Positions 19,525-31,933 of a stretch of DNA of 64,000 nucleotides are shown here, piece after piece. Position numbers and translations under genes: made by a program. The stretch's first letter is position 1, and each line of letters starts with the position of its first letter. Source of the stretch: a bacterium (GTDB taxonomy: Bacteria; Bacillota_I; Bacilli_A; Izemoplasmatales; UBA1188); the NCBI GenBank assembly GCA_017541975.1, contig JAFXYB010000022.1, positions 8,679 through 72,678 on the forward strand, in the 5' to 3' direction. Under the pieces are notes generated by a model. The model made no database searches. It was not told the DNA's origin and saw nothing but the letters and a program-made list of their open reading frames with translations.

Positions 19525-22500
19525 ATGAAGAATAATAAAAAGACGGTTTTCTTGTTTGTTTTAATTATTTCTTTTGCCTTAATGCTAACTGGTTGTGGCA
19601 AGAAAAAAGAACTATCATTTGAAGTAAATGGTGGTAGTCCAATTGAAACAGTAAAAATAGACGCAAAAGAAGAATACACACTACCTACTCCAACTCGTGA
19701 TGGCTATGAATTTGCTGGATGGTATTTAACTAGCGATTTTACTGGTGAAAGTATTACAGTTATTATACCAACTGAAAATGTAACAGTTTATGCTAAATGG
19801 AATCAATTATTTAAAATAACTCTAGATCCAGCAGGCGGAAGCATATCTACTACAACAGTTTATGGTAAGACAGGCGACAGCGTTTTAGATTTAGTTAAAA
19901 CCCTTGTTCCAACTAAAGATGGAATGGTCTTTGGTGCTTGGTTTAATGGTAATCTTGAACTAAATGAGAATTCAAAGATAACTAATAAAGATATTACCTT
20001 AACCGCAAAATACAAAGTTGAATACACAGTTAATGTTTATAAAGAAAAATTAACTCATGATGGTTACGATAAAGAAGAAATAAAGAACTATGATTATGTA
20101 GGTAAAAAAGTATCATATGAACTAGATAGTAGCGAAGGATTCACTGAAGTAGAAAAAGATGATACTGTCGATGAAATTACCATTTCAGAAAACAAATCTA
20201 ATAATGTATTAACATTATACTTCAATCGTGATTATTATACTGTAACATTAAGAAGCAATTATCCAGGCTCAGTAAAGAGTGAAGAAACAGTCACAATAAA
20301 TCTTTATTATGGTGAAGAAGTAGATCTTCCTGAAGTTGGATTTAGTATAGATGGTTACTATCTACTTGGCTTTTCTGATTCAGCTACTGGGGATGTCATC
20401 TATGATGCACATATGATAGATAACTTACCAGTTAATAAAGAAGAAGATACTATCACCAAAGATAAAATAAGCGTAAATAGAACATCTTCTTTATATGCTA
20501 TTTGGAATAAAGGATATAAAGATATGTTCGGTGGAGATGATTATATCTTTGTAGCGTCAGATAAAAAGACTGCATATCTTGAAAGAGCGGGCATATACTT
20601 CATCGGCGAATTCTTTACAAGTGATAATTCATTTATCTTCTATAACGACAAAGAAAACTTAGAAGGTAGAGTATACACTGATGGTACATATGCTTACTAT
20701 AATGTATCAAGAGATGAATACTCAGCAGTTTTATATACTGTAGGTAGCGGTCTTGATGAAAGCATTAAAGTGCTCTTTGATCCATATAATGGAATTACTT
20801 ATTATGATGGAAATCAAGATGCTGATAAGAGAGAATCAAAAGGCACTTACACAATCGATGAAAACAATTTCTATCATGTAACTTTCACTGAAGGCTTAAA
20901 AGCTGGTGAAACAATGATAATAATTGTAGGTAGAGTTACAGCTGATTATGTTACAACTGATGCTTTCCAACTTAGAAATGAAGAAGAATACGAAATGGGA
21001 AGCTTAGTTAGATTTACTATTGTTAATTCGACAATAACTTATTATCTATATGCTTACCAAATCGAACTATCTGGTTTTGGTACACTCACATACAATACTG
21101 GTGAAACTACCGAAACTTACTATTATAGTTATGATGAAGAAAAAGATATGTACAAAATCGCAACCGCAGAAGGTTCTAATTTTGGTACAATCAAGCTCAT
21201 CACAAACGATGGCGTTAAAGGCTATATGTTCTATGATGAAACTATGGATCAAACCTTTACTGCTAGCGATGGTTCAACACTTGTCCTTGATGGTGTATAT
21301 AACGCAACATACACTAGTGGAACTACCAGTGTAACTGGTACATATGTAGCTAAACAATCAGTATTTGGTGGAAATATCGTAAGACTTAAAGCTAATAATA
21401 CTGAATATACTTTCTTAACATCTTCAAAGACTGAAGAGGGTATCATCGGTACTGAAGGTGAGGAAGCTGAAACTATTACAACTTATTCATTCATCGTTAA
21501 ACCTAATGGTTATGATGAATATTATTATAAAGATGAACAATCAATCTATTATGCTCCACTAGTTGTTATAAATGACACTGAAGAAGGAATGGCTAATGTT
21601 TATGGTTATACACCAAATAGAACATTTGAACTTATCCTTGAAGGAACATATGTATTTGATGAAAACACCGATCTTTATGTCTTCACTACTACAAAAATTC
21701 ACAACAATAAAGTTATGACTAATCCAGTAGATATCAAGACAATTAAATCATTTGTTTTCAAAGTTGATTCAGAAATCACTCAATATTCTATCAACTATTG
21801 GTATTCATCTACCACAGATAGTGAGACAGTTGACTACAAGAAGGAATATAAGAATAACGACAATTCATCAGTGCTCTTAGTAAATGGTATCGCAATCCTC
21901 TCTAAAGATGGCTATGTAATCACAGGTACATATTCAACAAGAAATGGCGTTACCACAATTTCTAATCAACATAATAGGGCATACGTAGAACTCAATAACG
22001 ATGATATGACATTCATCACTCTTGAACACGCTCCATATAATGCATATATAGTAGTTGATGATGGTTCATATTCAACTAAACTACATATGGAATTTGATGG
22101 CAAAGGTGGTGCTAAATACGTATACTATGAAACTCTAAATGAAGAAGAAGTTGAAAAATTCTATAGTGGTACAGTAACTAAGACAACTGAATCTACAAGA
22201 CAAGGAATTGAAGTTTATGAATTCCAATCAGCTGAAAAGACTTTTAAATATCTTTTAATCCACACTGATTATGCAAGTTTCGTATATCCAAACTATAGTT
22301 CTTATAGTGGTTCATATTCTTCAAGTGATGGCATACTCTATCTTGATGGCTATCTAAACTATGTAAGCTATACAGATCCTGAAGGTGATGAATATATAGG
22401 TAGTTATATTATTGAAGGTGAAAACCTTATTAAAGCTACCTTTGATTCTAAAGTTAGATACTTTGATGTCAATAATAGATCATTTACTATTAGAGGTATC

Positions 22501-24459
22501 GAATATGGCACATATATCATCGTAGAAAACCAAGGCACAAACAATGTCTATGTTGATCTTGATGGTTATGGTCAAGCTGATGTTTACAAACTTGATGGTG
22601 ATAATAAGACTGTCATTGATAGTGCATCTACCTATATCGTTTCAAATGATAAATATACTCTCACCTATACCGATAATACTACAGATATAACACTAGTTGG
22701 TTATCTTGGAAGTTACCATAATGATGGCGTGCTTGAAGATGCATTCGTCATTGAAAAACAAGAATTTGTCCATACATATATCAATAATAAAGACTGGTCT
22801 GTATTAAAGATTGATTCAAAAGGTCGTGCAATTAGAGCTGATAATAAAGGTATAAGTGATGAAGGCACATACATAATCATCACTGATGATTTGCTCTATT
22901 TTGAAAACGATGAAGGTACATATGCCAACATCTATAAATATAGCAATACTACTAATTCTATAACCGAATCAAAATATGTGCCAAGAGGATATTATACTCA
23001 AGAATTAAAATCACTCCTCTTCACACAATATGGTTTTGCAGTATTTAATTTCAATACAAAGTATTTCTACAATATCACAAATGACGGTGTAGTAATATAC
23101 CATCAAGATGTCAATAATCCAAACGCTAATAAATATGGATATGTAGAAGAAAACTTTGGTGCTTTTGATAACGTCAAAGAATACAATGGCGATACTTATT
23201 ATCAAAATGATGGTTTCGCAATCAACTTCACAAGAGTAGAAGCAACAAAAGACTTATATCCTGTGCTTGTAATTAAAAACCCAGAGACAAGAGCTCCGCT
23301 TGAAAAATTATCATTTAGTCCAACAGGAAATGATACATTCAGATCTCAAGGTACTGTAGATGTTGGTCCATACCAAGGTATGGCTTGTACAGTAGTTAGA
23401 GAATATGTAGATGACCACTATGAAATGTATGTACTTGTTGGCTATTATCGTTTCGATATCACTGTTCACTTCAGCGGTAAGAATGAAGATGGTAGCTCAA
23501 ATAGCACTTATGAAGTTACAGGTATGTCATGTTAAAGAATAATCGATTCATACAGATATCTTGATAATTATTATATGTACTATATATTCTATGGTCAATC
23601 ATTCGTAAGCACATACGAAAATAACTTCGGTCAAGTGAAGCTTTTACAATACTTCAATGAAACTGGCGAAATGACTGATGATTACGTTGTAATAGATTTT
23701 AAAGATGATACTAAAGCACTAGACTTAAATGGCAACCTCATTGGCACTCAGCATGCTTCATATGATTACCAAGAAAATGGTGGTATGAATGGAAATGGTG
23801 ATACCTTCACAGTAGAATTTGAAGCCGGTGATGGTTATACATATAAAGTTTATATCTTACTTCAAAACCATGGTGCATTTAATAGACTTGGATATATCAT
23901 CTATGCTGTAACTCGTCTTGAGACAATCACAAGCGGAGATTACAAACTAGAAGTAGAAAGAATAATCACAAGTGATTATAACTTCCCTATTGGCGCATAT
24001 TACAATGTTAAGATGAGCAAGGGTGATACTGAACTCTTAAGTAAAGAATCATTTGAAATCGATGATGTTCTCCACTATGTTGCAAGAACATATGATGACG
24101 ATGAAAATATCACCTCTACAACATACTATAAACTCGATTTAGTATTGAAGGATTCTGAGTCACTTGCAGAAGACGTAGTTGTCCCAGTTGATAGCGTCAC
24201 AGTCACAGAACTTGAAGCTCATACTTATTACACAGAAGATAAAGAATCTTATGTTGATGTCTTAGATTCTAAGATTGTACTAGTTTCAGTTGATGGTGTA
24301 AAATCACTCGTTAGTGAATGCACATACAATACTGAAACAGGTGAATACAAAGTAACACTAACATCGCTAAAAGAATACACTGTCAAGATTGAAGATGGTG
24401 TTATGACTATCACAGAAGTCCAAGAAGAAATCGAAGAAGTCGAAGAAAATAACGAATAA
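19525..24459 (+). pseudogene. Large Tyr-rich lipoprotein (InlB B-repeats plus beta-rich LDGxG..GTY repeats) interrupted by one in-frame TAA at 23533-23535
   Basis: RBS AGGAGG, lipobox LTGC, PTRDGYEFAGWY repeats. ORFs 19525-23535 and 23575-24459 share a frame, reading GMSC*RIIDSYRYLDNYYMYY with no RBS before 23575. May be a true nonsense allele or a sequencing error. Confidence 0.75.
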
Positions 24460-24472
24460 AAGGAGTGCACTT

Positions 24473-27400
24473 ATGAATTTATTAAAAAAAGCAGCAATCC
24501 TAATATTCTCTGTATTGATTGCTAATGTGTTTAGTGTCCCAATTAAAGAAAATAGTCCAGTATTAGAAAGTACTGGTCTTTCTCATTTGGCCTCTGAACA
24601 AAACACCATAAGAAATATCAGCTCTTTAAAAAATCTCTTTGAAACAAACATCGAACAATACTTCAATCAAGAACTGGTATATAAACTACCAGATACAGTA
24701 AAAGACGATGATATGATTTCAGTAATCATCGAGATGGATTTTGATTCATTATATGATAAGTATTTAGAGAGTGGATCATGTGGCAATTTTAGTGATTATG
24801 TAACAACTAAGACTGCCTCTAAACAAGTTGAACAAATAAACGAACTAAAGTATAAGAAGATAAGAGAATTAGACGCTCTTGGAGTTAAATATACTCTCGG
24901 TGAAGAATACAATACTCTGCTCGCTGGTTTTGAAATCGAAATCAAAGCTAAAGATTATGATAGTATATCTAATCTTTTCCCTAATGATACATTAATCATC
25001 GGTGAAGTATATGAGAAACAAGAGACAGAAGTAGTTGAAAACTACGTCAACGTCTATGATACTGGTATCTTTGATAGTTCAGAGATTGAATATCAAGGTG
25101 ATGGTGTCGTAGTAGCCGTTCTTGATACTGGTTTAGACTACACTCACTCAGCTTTCTCAGTTGAAAACTTCACAACTACTAATGAAGCATTTACTCTATC
25201 TTATGTTTCAAGTAAAATTAATCAAACTCTCGCATCTACCTTTACAGAAGGCCTAACAGGCGAAGATGTTTATGTATCTAAAAAGATTCCATATGCATAT
25301 GACTATGCAGATAAGGATCCTGACGTTTCACCAATCAACTCAGAACACGGAACTCACGTAGCCGGTATCATCGCTGGTAAAGATAGCGAAATAACTGGTG
25401 TTGCTCCAAATGCACAACTCGCAATCTTTAAAGTATTCAGTGACCACTCTGATGGTGCTAAAACATCTTGGATTATCGCTGCCCTTGAAGACTGTGTCGT
25501 TCTTGGAGTTGATTTAATCAATATGTCACTTGGTACTTCTTGCGGTTTCTCAAGAGAAGTAGATAAAGAATATGTCAATACAATCTACGATAAGATTAAA
25601 GATGCCGGTATCGAAATGATTGCCTCTGCCGGTAACCAATATAACTCAACTATGGGTAGTGAGAAGAACGGTAATAACGGTCTAACATCTAACCCTGATT
25701 ATGGTACTGTTGGTTCTCCTTCAACATATGAAGCAACACTGTCAGTTGCTTCAGTAGAAGGCCTTAAAACATCTTATTTGAAACATAACGATACTATCAT
25801 TTATTTCAATGAAGCTTTTACAAATAGTGCAGATGTTACTAAGAGTTTCGTTGACGATATCTTAAAAACATTAGGAAATAATGTAAATTCACATATATTT
25901 GAATATGTAGTAATTCCAGGTATTGGCAGATCATCAGATTATCCTGATGAAGATTCCTTCTATGAAGGAAAGATCGTGCTTGTAAAAAGAGGTATCACTA
26001 CATTTGAAGACAAGGTAAGAATTGCCCTCAAGGAAAAAGGTGCTGCTGGTATCATCATCTACAACAATGTTTCAGGTTCAATTTCCATGTCAGTTGGTGC
26101 CAACATTGGTGCCGTATGTTCACTTTCACAAGATGATGGTGAATACCTAGTATCACAAGTTGATCCTAAAACTGGAATCGGTAAGATTGAAATCAGTAGA
26201 TCGCTATTAGCTGGACCATTCATGTCAGATTTCTCATCATGGGGTCCTACATCGGATTTAAAGATTAAACCAGAAATTACCGCTCATGGTGGCCAAATTT
26301 ATTCAGCAATTCCTGGTCAATCATACGATAGGTTATCAGGAACTTCAATGTCAGCTCCAAACCTTTCTGGTGTTACAGCTCTCGTTTGCCAATATGTTAA
26401 ATATAGCGGTGTATTCGGTACTAACTTATCGACAAAAGAAGTAACTGATATCGTTAATCAACTAATGATGTCAACATCAGATATCATCTACGATAAGAAT
26501 GGTCTTCCATCATTCGTTAGAAAACAAGGTTCAGGACTTGTAAGCCTTGATAAATCAGTTACATCAGAAGCATATCTATCAACATATGATAAGAATAATG
26601 AAAAGATGTCTAAAGCTAAATTTGAACTTGGCGATGATAAGAATAAAACTGGTGTCTATTCAATGACATTCGATATCAACAATATCACAAGTTCAAGTAT
26701 ATCTTACGATATCTCATCTATCGTTCTAACTGAAGGAGTGAATGTAACCTATACAAGTCACAGTGATACAACTGTCACTCAAAAAGCTTATGAACTTAAA
26801 GGCGCAACTATCACAGTTGATAGTGTCACAAATGGTACTCAAAATGGTAATAAAGTAGAAGTAGGTGCTAACCAAGTTGCGAAAGTAAAAGTAACTGTCA
26901 CTCTTTCTGATAGCGATAAAGAATATTTAAATAATTCATTCAAAAATGGTATGTATGTTGAAGGTTACATCAAGCTTAAAACTAGTGGCTCAAACAAGAC
27001 CGATTTAAATCTTCCTTATCTCGCCTTCTATGGTGACTGGACACAAGCTCCAATCTTCGATGAAGAATACTATGATACAAATGTTGATGAAATCAACAAG
27101 GGCTTAGATCCAGAAGATAAACTCATGCCAGATGCTTATGCGACAAGAGTTATCGGTGGACTTTATAGTGATTATATCACTACCCTTGGTACATATTATT
27201 TCACTCAAGATCCAAATGCTACACAAATTGCCGCATCAAAAGAACATATTGCCATTTCCAACCAAGATAAAGGTGAAGAAAACGGTTCAACTGTATCGAG
27301 CATTAGGTCAGTAAACGCTGGTTTACTTAGAAATGCTAAAGAAATCTATATTGAAATAAAAGAAGAATCTACAGGAAAGACTATCTATACTGATTTAGTC

Positions 27401-30400
27401 ACAAATCAACATAAGACATATTCATATGGTAGTTCTTTCTATGGTACTCAAGTAGATATCAAATACAACATCTTAGAACAAAATTTAAAGAATAATACTA
27501 AATATACTTGTACTCTAACTGCCTACATCGATTATGGTGAAAAAGAAGATCAAAAGAACCTGAGAAATACATTCTCATTCCCATTCTATGTTGACTTTGA
27601 AGCACCAATCATCACTGATGTAGCATTTAGAAGTGAATATGATAAGACATCTAAAGAAACTCATCTCTACGCAGACCTATCAGTCTATGATAACCACTAT
27701 GCGATGGGTATTCAACTTGGCCAAATAATTGAAGCTGAAGAAGGTTCAGAATACACATTCTCTCTTCAATCATTCGGTAAATATGTAACTCCTGTTTATT
27801 CTAGTTTCAATTCTACATCAATCGTAACTATTGAACTCACAAATTACGTATCTCAACTCAAGAATTCTTGTGGTATAGAGTATAATCCTGACTATACTAC
27901 CACAGTTATTCATAACACCAATACGTTTGTGGCAACTGTTTACGACTATGGTATGAACTATGCTACATATGAGATATCACTTCCTGATGATATTATCTAT
28001 ATGTATTTTGAAAATACAGATGTGAATCTAAGTCCTAATGAAACATTAGATCTCACTAAAGCTTTAAATATCTATCCATCATCTTCATGGATTCAGGTAC
28101 TAAATTTCACATCATCTAATCCAAATGTTGTTTCAATCGTAAATAGCACTCTTATCGCTAAGGAAAGTGGTATATCTAATATCACCGCTTCAGGTAAAGA
28201 CAAAGATGGCAATCCAATCAGTGCCACAATGAACGTCCGTGTATTAAATGAAGGTGATGAAGGATATGTAGGAGGCTATTCAATCCCAGAAATCAATAGA
28301 TTTTCTATTGATGGTTATAAGACAGTGAAGGCCTACTACAATGTCACAACCGAAGAAAGAGATATTGGTATGGATGATGGTGAATACGATTTTGGTGACA
28401 CTATCACCCTCAAGATGTATCCATCTGAAACAGTAGATATTCTATATACTTTAGATTCATATTTCCCTGAGAAAACTACTGTAGAATTTAAATCATCAAA
28501 TTCAAAGATTGCAACAGTTGATGAAAATGGTAGGATTATCGCTCAAGCGAAAGGTAATACCACAATCATGATCAACGTCCTCTTTGATGGCGCATCGACA
28601 TTCTATTTAGGTAAGATATCTATTGAAGTCAAAGATCCATTCAATATTCAATCTATCTATCTTTATAATTATAAAGGTTTAGGTGGAGAAGTAATTATTC
28701 CAGGCGATAGAGGTATCACAACTATCTATAACTATGCATTCTCTAACTATGAGTTCGTAGAGAAAGATTTAGAAGCTGGTGATGTAATCGATGATGAAGA
28801 TCCATATCTCATCAAACAACACTATATCGGTGATGACACCATCACTAAAGTAGTTATTCCAGAAGGTGTAACTACAATCAGTGAATACGCTTTCGCTAAT
28901 CTTACTGCCCTAGAAGAAGTAGTTCTTCCATCAACTCTTATTAGAATTGGTGTTGGTGCTTTCTATAATTGCACAAGCTTAAAGAAAATCAATTTAGAAC
29001 ATGCTAAATTCATCAATGAAAAAGCATTCTACAATTGCCCTATCGAAGACATTGATCTATCAAGTGTAGTATCAATTGGTAATTACGCTTTTGAAAATTG
29101 TAGATTAAATTATGTAACACTTCCAAGCTGTGCACAATCACTTTCAGAAGGTGCCTTCTACAATAACGAATACTTAACAAGCGTAACTTTAAGAGCTAAG
29201 AAGATTAAGATTGCTCCATACGTATTCGCTAAATGTTCAAGACTCGTATCTATAAACATCAACGCATCAGTTATCTCATCTCACGCCTTTGAAGATTGCG
29301 TAGAACTCTCAGATGTAACTATCGGTCAAGATGTTTCAATAATATCTGAATATGCATTCGCAAATACTGCCGTAGCAAACTTTAAACTTAATAGTAGAAA
29401 CCCATATTTAACACTTGAAGAAAATGGTGCTTTAATTCTAAAAGGAACAGAACTCATCCTTGCAGCGCCATCATATATAGGTGCATCTAATACCATCACA
29501 TCAAATGCCCTCTCAATCGCATCTGGTGCCTTCAGTGGTAATAAGAAAGTATTCTATCTAGTATTAAATAACGTAAAGAACGTTGGTGATTATGCTTTCG
29601 CTAATTGCGTAAACTTAAAGACTGTCACAATGCCAAATGTTGAGACAATCGGTAAATACGCATTCTATGAGACAGATCTCACAGATATCGGACTCTTAGC
29701 TAACCTAAAGAGCATCGGAAACTATGCTTTTGCAGGAACTGATCTTGAAACATTAACGCTTACTAATAATGTAACAGTTGGTGATTATGCATTCGCATAT
29801 TGTGATTATTTAGAAACCGTAACACTCGGTAACAACGTTACTATTGGAAGTTATGCATTCTTTAATCCAATTACTTTTTATACATATGATCAAACAGAGA
29901 ATTTTGAACACTATACACCATATGCCTACGAAGTAAAAGATAAAGAAGGTAACACCATTAAGACAAACAGCTACTATAGATATAACTTTATTGACGGTGT
30001 TAAATCTAAACTTACATCTTTAACTGCAGGAAGTAACCTTTCTATTGGTGAAGCTGCATTCTTCGGAAATGGTAAACTTCAAACTGTAACCTTAGGTGAT
30101 GGCACAAAAGTAGGTGATTATGCATTCTATAGCTGTCACGCCCTTACTACTATCGATTTATCTAAAGTTAAGACTATTGGTAGATATGCCTTCAGTGGCT
30201 ATACAACATACGATTATTATCTTGAAAATAATATATGGCGTTATGCCTATGAAAGCGAATATGATGATGGAGCATTCATCTCAACTGCCTATGTTTATAC
30301 TTGTTTCTCACCATCATTTACAAGCGCAAATCTAACAAATACAGAAGAAGTACTTGAAGGTGCATTCAGTGGTAATAGTTCACTCACAAATGTCATCTTA

Positions 30401-31813
30401 AGTGATTACATGAATGTTGTCGGCAAAGAAATGTTTGCGAACTGTAAATCACTTACAGAAATTAATCTAAAACCAAATATCACTGAAATTGGTGAACAAG
30501 CATTCTCATCAAGTGGAATCACAACTATCAATTTAGAAGGTGTTGATACAATCGGCGAGGCTGCCTTCTTCAACACTCCAGTAAATAATATCACTTTCAA
30601 AGATGATGTAGTGATAGGAGATAGTGCATTCTACTATGCAGAAAAACTATCAAATGTTTTAAATACAGCTAAGATTAAATTGATTGGCGATTTAGCCTTT
30701 GCCTTAACATCAATTGAAAGTATCGATCTTTCAAATGCAACATCAATTGGCGACTTTGCCTTTGGCAAGAGTGCCTTAAGAAGTGTAGCCTTAGGTGAAA
30801 AATTAGTTGAACTTGGTGAAAATCCATTCTTTGGATCACTAATCACTACCTTCGCTAAGACAAAGGATATCATATTCAATAGTGAAGTTGTAGGAACTGA
30901 AAGTGTTGAAACATACGATTTAAGCCCAACAGTTAAAGTTGTTGATGGTGTATTATACGAAGTAGTACCTAAAGGATATGAACTTGTAAGTTATCCAAGA
31001 TTAAAAGCTGATAAGGAATTCACTATCGATGAAAACACTGTAAGAATTTCATCTTTAGCATTCGCTGAATCAAATATTGAAAAAGTAATTTTATCTAATA
31101 TATTGATTTCAATAGGTGATAAAGCATTCTATGGTTGCGAAAAACTAAATGCAGTAATCTTTAGAAGTTATGATGCTCCACTCTTAGAAGAAGAATTTAA
31201 TACAAATTATATCACTGAAAATAATTTACCAATAACTGGTAATATTGGTGAAGTTAGTGGTCTTAGCATTTCTAAATACTACATGTGGAATGTCTTCACA
31301 AACTACACTAATTTCTACTATGGTGCAAACTTCAAAGATTATATTGGCCATAATACCGGTGATTTAATCATGGTTAGACCAAAGAATGGTCAAAATTATG
31401 ATTCCTTCATCTTCGATCAATATTTCTCAACAAAAGTTGATGGTGTCTATGCCCCAACAATTAACACTTTAAATATCATCACTCAAATTGATAATTTACC
31501 AGTCAATGTGACACTAAATGATGAAGCACAGATTGTAGCAGCAAGACAAGCTTATGATTCTCTAACATCAGAGGAACAAAAATCTCTAATTTCTAATTAT
31601 GAAAACTTAGTTAGAGCTGAATCAACTCTTGCATATCTTAAATCAAGAGAAGAAACTCCAGTAGATCCAACCGATCCAACTGAACCAACTGAACCAAGCA
31701 AATTCGCTATCTTTATGAAGAACAATATGTATGGTTTCATTCTTTCAGGAATAATCGCTATTGGCTTTACTGTAGCTTTAGTTCTCGTTATTAAAAAGAA
31801 GAAAAGGGTATAA
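24473..31813 (+). CDS. Cell-surface S8 subtilisin-like protease (lactocepin/C5a-peptidase type) with PA, Fn3-like, Ig-like (Big_2) and BspA LRR domains and C-terminal membrane anchor
   Basis: Signal peptide and propeptide; triad motifs VAVLDTG, HGTHVAGII, SGTSMSAP; oxyanion SAGN; PA motif GKIVLVKRGITTFEDK; SSNPNVVSI and SSNSKIATVDENG Big_2 motifs; LRR block in C-terminal ~1000 aa; PVDPTDPTEPTEP linker, TM, KKKKRV. Confidence 0.95.
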   Translation: MNLLKKAAILIFSVLIANVFSVPIKENSPVLESTGLSHLASEQNTIRNISSLKNLFETNIEQYFNQELVYKLPDTVKDDDMISVIIEMDFDSLYDKYLESGSCGNFSDYVTTKTASKQVEQINELKYKKIRELDALGVKYTLGEEYNTLLAGFEIEIKAKDYDSISNLFPNDTLIIGEVYEKQETEVVENYVNVYDTGIFDSSEIEYQGDGVVVAVLDTGLDYTHSAFSVENFTTTNEAFTLSYVSSKINQTLASTFTEGLTGEDVYVSKKIPYAYDYADKDPDVSPINSEHGTHVAGIIAGKDSEITGVAPNAQLAIFKVFSDHSDGAKTSWIIAALEDCVVLGVDLINMSLGTSCGFSREVDKEYVNTIYDKIKDAGIEMIASAGNQYNSTMGSEKNGNNGLTSNPDYGTVGSPSTYEATLSVASVEGLKTSYLKHNDTIIYFNEAFTNSADVTKSFVDDILKTLGNNVNSHIFEYVVIPGIGRSSDYPDEDSFYEGKIVLVKRGITTFEDKVRIALKEKGAAGIIIYNNVSGSISMSVGANIGAVCSLSQDDGEYLVSQVDPKTGIGKIEISRSLLAGPFMSDFSSWGPTSDLKIKPEITAHGGQIYSAIPGQSYDRLSGTSMSAPNLSGVTALVCQYVKYSGVFGTNLSTKEVTDIVNQLMMSTSDIIYDKNGLPSFVRKQGSGLVSLDKSVTSEAYLSTYDKNNEKMSKAKFELGDDKNKTGVYSMTFDINNITSSSISYDISSIVLTEGVNVTYTSHSDTTVTQKAYELKGATITVDSVTNGTQNGNKVEVGANQVAKVKVTVTLSDSDKEYLNNSFKNGMYVEGYIKLKTSGSNKTDLNLPYLAFYGDWTQAPIFDEEYYDTNVDEINKGLDPEDKLMPDAYATRVIGGLYSDYITTLGTYYFTQDPNATQIAASKEHIAISNQDKGEENGSTVSSIRSVNAGLLRNAKEIYIEIKEESTGKTIYTDLVTNQHKTYSYGSSFYGTQVDIKYNILEQNLKNNTKYTCTLTAYIDYGEKEDQKNLRNTFSFPFYVDFEAPIITDVAFRSEYDKTSKETHLYADLSVYDNHYAMGIQLGQIIEAEEGSEYTFSLQSFGKYVTPVYSSFNSTSIVTIELTNYVSQLKNSCGIEYNPDYTTTVIHNTNTFVATVYDYGMNYATYEISLPDDIIYMYFENTDVNLSPNETLDLTKALNIYPSSSWIQVLNFTSSNPNVVSIVNSTLIAKESGISNITASGKDKDGNPISATMNVRVLNEGDEGYVGGYSIPEINRFSIDGYKTVKAYYNVTTEERDIGMDDGEYDFGDTITLKMYPSETVDILYTLDSYFPEKTTVEFKSSNSKIATVDENGRIIAQAKGNTTIMINVLFDGASTFYLGKISIEVKDPFNIQSIYLYNYKGLGGEVIIPGDRGITTIYNYAFSNYEFVEKDLEAGDVIDDEDPYLIKQHYIGDDTITKVVIPEGVTTISEYAFANLTALEEVVLPSTLIRIGVGAFYNCTSLKKINLEHAKFINEKAFYNCPIEDIDLSSVVSIGNYAFENCRLNYVTLPSCAQSLSEGAFYNNEYLTSVTLRAKKIKIAPYVFAKCSRLVSININASVISSHAFEDCVELSDVTIGQDVSIISEYAFANTAVANFKLNSRNPYLTLEENGALILKGTELILAAPSYIGASNTITSNALSIASGAFSGNKKVFYLVLNNVKNVGDYAFANCVNLKTVTMPNVETIGKYAFYETDLTDIGLLANLKSIGNYAFAGTDLETLTLTNNVTVGDYAFAYCDYLETVTLGNNVTIGSYAFFNPITFYTYDQTENFEHYTPYAYEVKDKEGNTIKTNSYYRYNFIDGVKSKLTSLTAGSNLSIGEAAFFGNGKLQTVTLGDGTKVGDYAFYSCHALTTIDLSKVKTIGRYAFSGYTTYDYYLENNIWRYAYESEYDDGAFISTAYVYTCFSPSFTSANLTNTEEVLEGAFSGNSSLTNVILSDYMNVVGKEMFANCKSLTEINLKPNITEIGEQAFSSSGITTINLEGVDTIGEAAFFNTPVNNITFKDDVVIGDSAFYYAEKLSNVLNTAKIKLIGDLAFALTSIESIDLSNATSIGDFAFGKSALRSVALGEKLVELGENPFFGSLITTFAKTKDIIFNSEVVGTESVETYDLSPTVKVVDGVLYEVVPKGYELVSYPRLKADKEFTIDENTVRISSLAFAESNIEKVILSNILISIGDKAFYGCEKLNAVIFRSYDAPLLEEEFNTNYITENNLPITGNIGEVSGLSISKYYMWNVFTNYTNFYYGANFKDYIGHNTGDLIMVRPKNGQNYDSFIFDQYFSTKVDGVYAPTINTLNIITQIDNLPVNVTLNDEAQIVAARQAYDSLTSEEQKSLISNYENLVRAESTLAYLKSREETPVDPTDPTEPTEPSKFAIFMKNNMYGFILSGIIAIGFTVALVLVIKKKKRV

Positions 31814-31821
31814 TTTTAAGT

Positions 31822-31860
31822 AGTTTACGCCCATAAAAAAACAATGGGCGTAAACTTTTA
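31822..31860 (+). terminator. Rho-independent terminator after protease gene
   Basis: Perfect 13-bp stem AGTTTACGCCCAT-aaaaaaaca-ATGGGCGTAAACT followed by T-rich sequence. Confidence 0.8.
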
Positions 31861-31933
31861 TATCATTTTTTTAATGATATATTGTATAATTATTAATAGA
31901 ATGTTTGAAAGGAGGAACAATAGTTTTAGTTTT

